DNA from: a virus | Lineage: Duplodnaviria; Caudoviricetes | Virus record (IMG/VR): IMGVR_UViG_3300020044_003100 | Span: 1-24,447 of that record | Direction: 5' to 3' (one strand) | DNA length: 24,447 nucleotides | Part shown: positions 17,339-24,447 of the stretch, in pieces | How the letters are laid out: each line of letters opens with the position of its first letter | Numbering within the stretch: the stretch's first letter is position 1 | Notes under the pieces: model-generated | Seen by the model: only the letters and a program-made list of their open reading frames with translations | Told to the model about the DNA's origin: nothing | Databases searched by the model: none | Translations under genes and position numbers: made by a program

Positions 17339-17937
17339 TAAATGATGTCCTCTGTCCATTCAATAAGCATATATAATGATGCACCAGCAGGGACGGCTTG
17401 ACCTGCAAAATTAAACGCTATAGATTCATTTACCCCACGTAATACAGGCGCTTTATCATTCCTATTACCAAACACAATATCTCGTATTGTTCCAGCACCT
17501 GCTGGTGCTGAACCAGCAGGTAAATAAACTTTAGTTCCTTCTAAAAGTAACCCTGTACCTAAAGCTGAAGGATTAGCCGTATAAAGTGCTAAAGTTGCTG
17601 TAGCTGCCTCATCTAATGTATCTGAAGGCGTTGCAGCAGGGGCAGTTGAAGTGCCGCCTGTATTAGCAGTTGTACGTTTAGTAAGATATAAATCATAAAT
17701 AGAAGCTGCTGTTGCAGAACCTAATATACTCGCTCTAGTAATCCTAACTATTTTGGTAGCAGACCCTTTTAAAACTAAAACATCAGTAGCTGTTGCTACA
17801 GGTGTAATATCTATAGCTGTGTATCTAAAAGTAGGTTTTGGACTGTTTGTACTTACGCACAAAATTGAACCATCACTACCTGCTGATTGAGGCGTACCGC
17901 CATTAGATGCGCCTGTTATTTGAACTGTTCCTGCCAT
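17338..17937 (-). CDS. Hypothetical beta-rich protein, probably virion-associated (199 aa)
   Basis: Ala/Thr/Gly-rich ORF ending IEWTE, inside the cassette between portal and scaffold. Confidence 0.6.
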   Translation of the reverse strand: MAGTVQITGASNGGTPQSAGSDGSILCVSTNSPKPTFRYTAIDITPVATATDVLVLKGSATKIVRITRASILGSATAASIYDLYLTKRTTANTGGTSTAPAATPSDTLDEAATATLALYTANPSALGTGLLLEGTKVYLPAGSAPAGAGTIRDIVFGNRNDKAPVLRGVNESIAFNFAGQAVPAGASLYMLIEWTEDII

Positions 17938-17946
17938 TGTCTATAC

Positions 17947-18321
17947 CTATAAAAGTAACATGAGTGATTCTTCATCATCTAATTCAGCTAGAATTAAACG
18001 ATCTATTTCAGCTTGAAGTAAATTAAATTGTGCTTTTAACGCTTGTTCTTGAAGTTGTAAATATTGATCTTCTTTAATTTTAACTTCAGGTTTTGCTTCT
18101 ATTTGTTTAACTGTTTGTTCTAAACTTATCTTTTCATTTTTTTCAATGAATTTATCTATTGCACTAGATACATCATCTTCAACTTCTTTTCGTAAATCTT
18201 TATAAACTTTAGGTTTACGTTTCTTTTCGTCAAATCCGCCTTTAAATTCTATATTTATAGGCGTTATCTGTGAGTATATTTCAGAAAAAGCTACTTCACT
18301 AAAAGACGAAAATCCGAACAT
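17947..18321 (-). CDS. Hypothetical protein (124 aa)
   Basis: Aromatic N-terminus MFGFSSFSEVAFS, charged coiled coil, C-terminal DDEESLMLLL. Confidence 0.65.
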   Translation of the reverse strand: MFGFSSFSEVAFSEIYSQITPINIEFKGGFDEKKRKPKVYKDLRKEVEDDVSSAIDKFIEKNEKISLEQTVKQIEAKPEVKIKEDQYLQLQEQALKAQFNLLQAEIDRLILAELDDEESLMLLL

Positions 18322-18329
18322 TATCTATA

Positions 18330-18647
18330 CTACCAGGGTGTGCCAGATCGAACTGCTTTACGTTCTTTAAATGCTGTTAATTCAGCATCAGCTTGATCTT
18401 CTAGTGAGTTTTGTCTAACACCATCATCATCTTTAGTATCAAACATCGTTTTGATCCAGCCAATTACTTGTTCTTCAGTTACTTTTGCAAAGTCAGTTGT
18501 TTTGCCCTTTGGCGATGCAAAGCCTGTATGATAATTATGTGTGTTTTCATCAACACCGTCAGATGCTGTGATAGTAAAAGCAGCAGTAACAATAATGCCG
18601 TCTTTGTCACGTTGTAAATCTGTAATTTTATAAAGGCATGTATTCAT
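18330..18647 (-). CDS. Putative fibre-associated / chaperone protein (105 aa)
   Basis: Directly after the 569-aa fibre gene. Motif FAKVTEEQVIGWIK and terminal PW. Confidence 0.6.
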   Translation of the reverse strand: MNTCLYKITDLQRDKDGIIVTAAFTITASDGVDENTHNYHTGFASPKGKTTDFAKVTEEQVIGWIKTMFDTKDDDGVRQNSLEDQADAELTAFKERKAVRSGTPW

Positions 18648-18655
18648 AGTAATAT

Positions 18656-20365
18656 TTAGTTTGTGATTAAAAAATTAACTCTGGTTTCTGCTGCTGCTGC
18701 TGCATTAGCATACAATGTAAAGCTTCCTGCACCTGCAACAACTGCCACAGATTTCATTGCTGTATCATTTGATCCTACTGTTGCAATGATAATTGAGTTT
18801 GCTGTTACCAAGCTATTAGTAACAACTAATGATGTTGCTCCGGCTGCAAAGTTTACAGTTCCAGTCGTTTTATTTATTGTCTGTGCGCCAGTTGCCCCTG
18901 CTGCCGTTACGGTTTTTGCAAGTTGTAAATCCCCTGCTAAGTAGTTAGCAGCAGTACCAGGCATATAAAGGTTATAACGATTTGAACCTGATGGTATATT
19001 TCCATAGAAGCCGTAGTTGTTGGTTGCACCTGTGAGCGATGCACCAGCTGCAAAACCATATTGATTTGTTACAGTAGAGTTAACACCAAATGTTCCTTGA
19101 CTAGCACTATAAAGTTCTAAATATGTCGTATTAAAGGTTGTTGCTTGAGTTGACGATGTTGCTACAAAATAAGCTGAGCCAGCTGTAGAGTCCGATTGAA
19201 TTTGTCCACTCGATACAATACCTCTTGTTGAAGTAAACCCAGTTAAATTTTTGGAAACTGTTAGTGTTTGGTAAACTATTGGAGTTGCACCAATCCCCAC
19301 GTTGCCTGATGCATCTATCCTCATGCGTTCTGCTGGTGTTGTTCCATTAGCTGTATAAAACTCTAATGTTGTTTGATTAGCACCATTGTTAGTTGCTCTT
19401 ATTTGGCTATCCCTAACATTAAAACCATTATTAGTAGTATCAAAACTTAATACTGCTTGTGTATTTGCTGTACCACTTGTATTTGCAATAGAAGCCACTA
19501 CTTGACCTCCGGAAGAAGCCCCCACTACAGCAAATTTACCCCATGTGCTTGGCGTAGCAGTCCCAATCCCCAAACTTCCAGCTAAGTAGTTATCAGCAGT
19601 TCCCCCCATATAAAGGTTATAACGACCTGTGCCTGATGGTATGCTACCAACAAATCCATAATTGTTGCTTGTTGCACCTGTTAAAGTTGCATCAGCAAGA
19701 AACCCCAGCTGCGTTGTTACACTAGAATTTACACCCAATGTACTTTGAAAAGCACGGTATAACTGAACACTTGCACAAGTAAATGTTGCAGCTGCCGTTT
19801 TTAAAGTTACGTTTTGTCCGATATATAGACTGGTAACATCGGATTGAACAACCCCTTCTATTGACGCTGCAACTCTTGTTGTGCCTCCTGTAACAGATTT
19901 GGCAACTACAAAGTCAACACCCGTGTAGGGTGTAATACCAACCCCCAAACTACCCGCCATGTAGTTTGCGCCAGCCCCAGAAGCATACAGGTTATAGTTG
20001 CTTGCATTTGTGAGGTTTAATTGACTTGCTAAAGTTACTTGATTTGATGCGTCTTTATATACTGACTTTGATGCCGGGTAAGTTACAAATACATCTTTAA
20101 CACCAGCGGTAAATGATACTAAGGCATTAGCATTAGAAGATTCTAAAACAGTAGTTCTAGTGATAGTATTCCCAGCAGATGCGTATGTTCCAATCCCTAC
20201 TTCCCAATTAGATCCAACTTGATCGGCTATACAATAATAAGTAGTATTACTATTACCAATAACAGCAAATGCTTGATGTCCTGTTACAGGGCCTAATAAG
20301 GTCGCCGCACCAGTACCAATAACATCTGTAGTTTCTCGGACTCTATCATCAACTATTAAAGCCAT
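18656..20365 (-). CDS. Fibre protein with internal repeats (569 aa)
   Basis: N-terminal DRVRETT..GTG...WEVGIGTY...DVFVTYPA anchor domain, ERMRIDASGNVGIG fibre motif, repeated YNLY..G...NY.AG.L motifs. Confidence 0.8.
   Translation of the reverse strand: MALIVDDRVRETTDVIGTGAATLLGPVTGHQAFAVIGNSNTTYYCIADQVGSNWEVGIGTYASAGNTITRTTVLESSNANALVSFTAGVKDVFVTYPASKSVYKDASNQVTLASQLNLTNASNYNLYASGAGANYMAGSLGVGITPYTGVDFVVAKSVTGGTTRVAASIEGVVQSDVTSLYIGQNVTLKTAAATFTCASVQLYRAFQSTLGVNSSVTTQLGFLADATLTGATSNNYGFVGSIPSGTGRYNLYMGGTADNYLAGSLGIGTATPSTWGKFAVVGASSGGQVVASIANTSGTANTQAVLSFDTTNNGFNVRDSQIRATNNGANQTTLEFYTANGTTPAERMRIDASGNVGIGATPIVYQTLTVSKNLTGFTSTRGIVSSGQIQSDSTAGSAYFVATSSTQATTFNTTYLELYSASQGTFGVNSTVTNQYGFAAGASLTGATNNYGFYGNIPSGSNRYNLYMPGTAANYLAGDLQLAKTVTAAGATGAQTINKTTGTVNFAAGATSLVVTNSLVTANSIIIATVGSNDTAMKSVAVVAGAGSFTLYANAAAAAETRVNFLITN
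18932..19954 (-). repeat. Two ~125-aa internal repeat units in the fibre gene (19577-19954 and 18932-19306)
   Basis: QSTLGVNSSVTTQLGFLADATLTGATSNNYGFVGSIPSGTGRYNLYMGGTADNYLAG aligns with QGTFGVNSTVTNQYGFAAGASLTGATNNYGFYGNIPSGSNRYNLYMPGTAANYLAG. Both share the DNA block CATATAAAGGTTATAACGA. Confidence 0.9.
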
Positions 20366-20569
20366 TTATTTAACCCCTACTATTCTGCCATCAGCTCCAC
20401 GCACAATTTGTTTTGGGCGAGATAATTGAGCAATTAACTCTTCATGCTTTTGTGCGCGTGAAGAATTTATGTTTTGTTCTTGCTGGGCCAGCAGCTTAAC
20501 AAAATTATCGTTTAACGTATCTATAAGTTTTGTTTTCCACGCCCCTGATTCAACTTCTAAATCAAGCAT
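20366..20569 (-). CDS. Mini-protein paralogous to the portal C-terminus (67 aa)
   Basis: The last 54 aa align without gaps to the last 54 aa of the portal (37 identities by hand count). GGGGG lies 9 nt before the ATG. Confidence 0.7.
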   Translation of the reverse strand: MLDLEVESGAWKTKLIDTLNDNFVKLLAQQEQNINSSRAQKHEELIAQLSRPKQIVRGADGRIVGVK

Positions 20570-20735
20570 TTTATTTGACCCCCGCTATTCGTCCATCAGC
20601 CCCGCGTATAATTTGTTTAGGCCTTGTTAAATGGTTAATTAATTCGTTATGTGTTTGAGCTTGTATCGAATTAAAATTTTGCTCTTGTACAGCTAGCATA
20701 TTAGCAAAATTATCATTTACTTTATCTATAAGCTC
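20366..20735 (-). repeat. Diverged direct repeat, ~165 nt x2 (20366-20530 and 20571-20735)
   Basis: Codon-aligned and ungapped; both copies end GGG GTY AAA TAA. Confidence 0.9.
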
Positions 20736-22835
20736 CATTAATGTAGCGGACGGTTGTTCATCACCCATATCATTAAGCTCAGTTAAGTTCTCTTGCTCTT
20801 TAGCCGCGTTAATTGTCATTGATGACTGTTTCAAACTGGTTTTGCTACTCATTTCAGCAATCATTATTCGTGTATCAGCATCAAGTTGCGCTTTCCATTG
20901 TTCAAACTGAAGTTTCTGAGCTTCTAATTGCTGTTCAGTTTGAAGTTTAGCTTGCTCCAACTGCATCTTAGCTTGAGTAGATTGCTGTTCTAATTGAATC
21001 TTTGCTTGAGAATTTTGAGATTCAGCTTGCGCCCTAATCATTTCAGGTGTTGGAGGAGGTGGTTGCGGAGGCTGAGCTGCTTTCGCTTTTTCTTGCTGAT
21101 TCATTTGCGCGATAAATTGTTCGAATGACCCTTCAATAGTGCGTCCAATTTTAAACCCTCTAATACCAAACAATAACATTTCACCTAGTAAAGGAACTAA
21201 CTCAGGTGCTTGTTGTCCCATTGGAAGGACTTTCTCTAAAAAGGAACTGGCTGAAGTTAAGAATTCAATTCGACTTTGTTTTTCAGCTTGCTGGTCAATT
21301 TGAACTAAAGTATCAGTTTCGATGTCAATGTTAAAATTACGCATTGATTCGTTCTTTAACATCTGAATAGCTGGCTCGATAAACTGAGCATCAGGTGTAA
21401 AACTAATGCCTGACATTTGAATCAATGTTTCAGGTTGGTATTTAGAACAAATGATTTCAGACTTCATTCTTAAAATGTCACGAGCAAATCGGCTCATGTC
21501 ATCTTTCATACTATTCAAACGTAATGAAGCAAACTGTGATTTAATTTGTTGTGCAGTAGCAGTTTCTGATGCAACAGAAGCTCCACGCATAATATCCGAC
21601 AAACCAGTTGTTTCATAGATGATTTGTTTACATGATTCACGAGCTTGATACAACTGTTGCAAGGCTTGTGCCACATCACGCAACGGCATAAACTGAACTG
21701 CACCTTGCAAACCACCTTTTTCAACAAATGCCGCCCAGTTTTTAACGGGTATCAGAACGCCATCGTTGCCTTCCTTCATCAGACGTTCAATAGCAGGTTC
21801 GTCAGCAGCATAAATCCCCATAACCTTCATGGCTTTGGTAAGATGCTTGATTCTGCCTGTTAGATCATCAATTTCATCTGCTTGATCTTGATACAATAAG
21901 AAATCAGCAATAGGAACAAGTGATCCTGAAGTGGTTGTAGCAAAGTAAGGTTTAGGACATGGAAAGAAGTCGCATAATTCTAATGGATCATCACGATGGT
22001 CAAGGATAACGTCATAATTGTTCGCTACCCAGTAGACACATTTAGTTGATTTACACCAAATCTCCCAAACTTCAGCTTTCTTTAATGATTGAGTTGATTC
22101 TTTTTCACCATCTTGTCGATCAGGTGAATGAGTTAAAGGAACTTGGTTAAATACCTCACCAAATCGCTCTTCTCCTTCCTCTAGCGACATATAAACTCGT
22201 CTAGCTACCCAAGTTACCTCTTCCCACGTTCTTGCGGGTAGATGGGCAAAATCTTGCCAATAAACGTAATCAACAGGTGTAGTTTCAGAAGTAATGCGCT
22301 CATATTGGGCAGGTTGTTCTCCTGCTAACGCATTTTCTTCTAATGATTCTCCGGTAGGGGCATATTCATCCCCACCTACCTCTTGGTAATTAGTAATCTG
22401 AGGTTCGGCATCAACAGTTTCAATAATCGGTTCATATCGTAACCAAGCCACACCACGCCCTGGTAACAATCTATCATCAACCACATTGGAAACAGTAGCA
22501 TGAAAATCAGGATATTGATTAATTTCATAAGATAAGACACGTTCTAAGATGTTAGAAGCAACACGAGCAACATCATTCTGATCGTCAAAACGTCTTGATA
22601 CTTCAGGATTGGGGGGTTTAGCGTAAATAGCAGGTTTTAACGTCTGAATGTTAGACCAAAAGATATTAAATCGTGCATCAGCCTGTTCAACGTCTTTCCG
22701 TTCGTCACGGTAACGTTTAATGACTTTTTCGCCACGCTCAGTCCACTTCTTAAACGTTTGATTGTAGCGTGACAATTCATCGTGCCACGGCTGTGCTGAT
22801 TTATCTGCTAATTCTTTTGCCATCGTGCCGCTCAT
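20571..22835 (-). CDS. Portal protein (P22-like, long C-terminal coiled coil, 754 aa)
   Basis: Follows TerL; size; motifs FNIFWSN, LLPGRGVAW, IYETTGLSDIMRG, ETATAQQIK; Pro linker then Gln-rich coiled coil. Alternative ATG at 22823. Confidence 0.9.
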   Translation of the reverse strand: MSGTMAKELADKSAQPWHDELSRYNQTFKKWTERGEKVIKRYRDERKDVEQADARFNIFWSNIQTLKPAIYAKPPNPEVSRRFDDQNDVARVASNILERVLSYEINQYPDFHATVSNVVDDRLLPGRGVAWLRYEPIIETVDAEPQITNYQEVGGDEYAPTGESLEENALAGEQPAQYERITSETTPVDYVYWQDFAHLPARTWEEVTWVARRVYMSLEEGEERFGEVFNQVPLTHSPDRQDGEKESTQSLKKAEVWEIWCKSTKCVYWVANNYDVILDHRDDPLELCDFFPCPKPYFATTTSGSLVPIADFLLYQDQADEIDDLTGRIKHLTKAMKVMGIYAADEPAIERLMKEGNDGVLIPVKNWAAFVEKGGLQGAVQFMPLRDVAQALQQLYQARESCKQIIYETTGLSDIMRGASVASETATAQQIKSQFASLRLNSMKDDMSRFARDILRMKSEIICSKYQPETLIQMSGISFTPDAQFIEPAIQMLKNESMRNFNIDIETDTLVQIDQQAEKQSRIEFLTSASSFLEKVLPMGQQAPELVPLLGEMLLFGIRGFKIGRTIEGSFEQFIAQMNQQEKAKAAQPPQPPPPTPEMIRAQAESQNSQAKIQLEQQSTQAKMQLEQAKLQTEQQLEAQKLQFEQWKAQLDADTRIMIAEMSSKTSLKQSSMTINAAKEQENLTELNDMGDEQPSATLMELIDKVNDNFANMLAVQEQNFNSIQAQTHNELINHLTRPKQIIRGADGRIAGVK

Positions 22836-22852
22836 TTAAAAGGGTTTGGCTG

Positions 22853-22879
22853 ATTATACCGTTTTTCTGCTAAAAGCAA
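22853..22879 (-). promoter_or_regulatory. Putative sigma70-like promoter upstream of portal
   Basis: Minus strand reads TTGCTT-N15-TATAAT (consensus -10) in the 47-nt TerL-portal gap. Confidence 0.55.
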
Positions 22880-22882
22880 CAC

Positions 22883-24184
22883 TTATATTCGTTTTCTAAA
22901 CGGTTTTGTGCTAGATTCCCATAATTCGTTCAATGTTTGTTCCTGCCAATACTTAGGTTTCTTAATTCTTGGCTCTGGACGCTGTTCACGCCACGCCAAT
23001 GCTACATACCTAAATCCGTCCGCATAATGGCTTGTCCAATCGTGCTTTGGTCGATCATTAAATATTTTTTTATCCAGATTATACTCACGTTGATACTGCG
23101 TGAGGGCTTCCATGCCTTCTTTACACTTAGGATCGAACCAACAATCCGCTAAAGTCAGACGCGCCGCTTGAATCCCATCCATTAGACTGACACTTGGCAC
23201 GATTCTTGGTCGCCAACCTAGCGATCTGAACTGTTCTTCAATAGACCTGCCTGTTTGTAAGCTTTTTGCCTTAGCATCATGGGGTAAATACAGCCATTCT
23301 CCGTAATCGTAACCCCTTCCTTTTAATATCTCGTCATAATGACTGATTGGCATACCTGAATTTGAATAGCAATCAATTACCCGAAGCTCTCGCCCTACTA
23401 CCTGATACCACCATATCGCAGTATCATCGCTCCATCCTAAGTCAAGCGCTGCATAAGTCTTTAACGAACGGTCATAACAAGGCTTCACTCGCCCAGATTC
23501 AGCCAGCTCATACATTTCCTTACCGTAGATAGCCCCTGGTATCGCTGCATCAAAGTTACATTCCATTTCCTGTAGCCATGCGTCCTCACTCAGCTCGTTC
23601 TTAAGCTCAGCTAATTCCTCCGCGTCTAGCAATCCTGACTCCGAAGCCTTTAACATCAAGGTAAAGCAATTAGGATCGGTTTTCCCCTGCTCATACCGCT
23701 CATAAAAAGCGTTCTTCCCTTTAGGCGTACCGATGATGATCGCCCAACCTTTTCGATCAGCCAATGCCGGACGGATAACATACGCCCATACGGAGGATTT
23801 CCAGTCCCCATATTCATCCGCAATGATGCCGTCAAAATATAAACCACGTAATCTGTCAGGGTTATCTGCACCGAACAACTGCAATCGAGAACCATTAGGA
23901 AAGTCCAACCGCAATTCAGATTCGTTCACCTTTATATTAGGTATTGGTTTGGTAAATGTCTTACAGTAATCCCAGATCACTTGCTTGGCTTGTGAGTAGT
24001 AAGGGCAAATGTAACCATAGCGCCCATCACCTGACACATCCTGACAGGCAGAGCGTATCAATTCATTGATGCAAGATACAGACTTCCCTGCGCGCCTATG
24101 CGCCACCACAACCGCCCAGCGTTCCTTTCGATTGTGTAGCGGTTTGAATACATCTCTAGGCTTATAAGGAAGAGTAACTTTCAT
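22883..24184 (-). CDS. terL: Terminase large subunit (433 aa)
   Basis: Walker A AHRRAGKS, Walker B GIIADE, coupling motif IIGTP, RNase H-like ALDLGWSDDT, C-terminal HDWTSHYADGFRY. ATG 24184 overlaps the upstream TGA. Confidence 0.96.
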   Translation of the reverse strand: MKVTLPYKPRDVFKPLHNRKERWAVVVAHRRAGKSVSCINELIRSACQDVSGDGRYGYICPYYSQAKQVIWDYCKTFTKPIPNIKVNESELRLDFPNGSRLQLFGADNPDRLRGLYFDGIIADEYGDWKSSVWAYVIRPALADRKGWAIIIGTPKGKNAFYERYEQGKTDPNCFTLMLKASESGLLDAEELAELKNELSEDAWLQEMECNFDAAIPGAIYGKEMYELAESGRVKPCYDRSLKTYAALDLGWSDDTAIWWYQVVGRELRVIDCYSNSGMPISHYDEILKGRGYDYGEWLYLPHDAKAKSLQTGRSIEEQFRSLGWRPRIVPSVSLMDGIQAARLTLADCWFDPKCKEGMEALTQYQREYNLDKKIFNDRPKHDWTSHYADGFRYVALAWREQRPEPRIKKPKYWQEQTLNELWESSTKPFRKRI

Positions 24185-24447
24185 TCTTCCCAACCTATCA
24201 CTAGATTCATAGCTGAACCATCAGCATTGGTCAAACCAACCGCCACCCTAGTTGACTCCTTAGCAGTAGCCCACCCGTGAGAATGTTGCAAGATAGCCAG
24301 CGCTGCTTTGGAATCACCATTTCGTGCAGCATCTCTCAACTGCGTTGAGGCTTCCACTTCTGCATCAGCAGCGCCCTTCAATGCGGCCAGTTCAACAGTC
24401 GGGTCTAGTTGACAGATTTGGCGATACTCGGAGGGTAACATGCCAGA
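24181..24447 (-). CDS. Putative terminase small subunit, probably 5'-truncated
   Basis: The frame is open to the window edge. Helical (ARNGDSKAALAILQHSHGW) with a C-terminal beta strand (NLVIGWEE); ATGA-coupled to terL. Confidence 0.65.
   Translation of the reverse strand, partial: SGMLPSEYRQICQLDPTVELAALKGAADAEVEASTQLRDAARNGDSKAALAILQHSHGWATAKESTRVAVGLTNADGSAMNLVIGWEE

Noticed and set aside
20366-20735. Diversity-generating retroelement TR/VR pair next to a fibre gene
   Set aside because: Mismatches are not adenine-specific (many C/T changes at third positions), divergence is high, and no reverse transcriptase is in the window.
173-23969. Short antisense or alternative-frame ORFs in the track (e.g. 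173-370, 4998-5180, 7018-7215, 7970-8155, 9020-9286, 10809-11184, 14532-14794, 15098-15737, 16768-17001, 18411-18944, 21515-21863, 22937-23969)
   Set aside because: They lie almost wholly within well-supported genes, show no recognisable motifs, and mostly use non-ATG starts. Treated as shadow ORFs.
1300-24193. Track start sites at 138, 1300, 3942, 9960, 17359 and 24193
   Set aside because: Better starts exist with ATGA, GTGA, TGATG or TAATG coupling (1351, 3927, 9957, 17338, 24184), and the helicase frame is open to the window edge.
1-24447. tRNA, integrase/att site, IS element, intron/intein or alternative genetic code
   Set aside because: Intergenic gaps are under ~85 nt with no cloverleaf seen, TerL, portal and capsid are uninterrupted and of normal size, and TAA, TAG and TGA all act as stops at sensible gene ends.

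Overview
This window is a fragment of a tailed dsDNA phage genome with podovirus-like organisation. There is no tape measure, sheath or baseplate gene, but there is a P22/T7-style adaptor, nozzle and ejection-protein block. A short plus-strand arm (5'-truncated SNF2-type helicase and two small ORFs, 1-1698) converges on a ~22.8 kb minus-strand late arm. In transcription order the late arm holds: TerS (truncated), TerL, portal, a free-standing copy of the portal C-terminus, a fibre cassette inserted in the head module, FmdB-type Zn ribbon, scaffold, major capsid, decoration protein, terminator, adaptor, nozzle, GNAT-like protein, ejection proteins, a second fibre/chaperone cluster, and a lysis cassette (holin, coiled-coil/TM protein, Dps/ferritin-like protein, GH24 endolysin). 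Two genes missing from the ORF track were found by hand (2680-2838 and 3924-4100). The most notable observations are the diverged, ungapped duplicate of the portal C-terminus placed in front of a fibre gene, a ferritin-like gene in the lysis cassette, small beta domains inserted into three virion proteins, an apparently chimeric fibre/chaperone ORF, and two intergenic promoters with identical geometry. Functional calls rest on motif recognition and synteny only; no searches were run.
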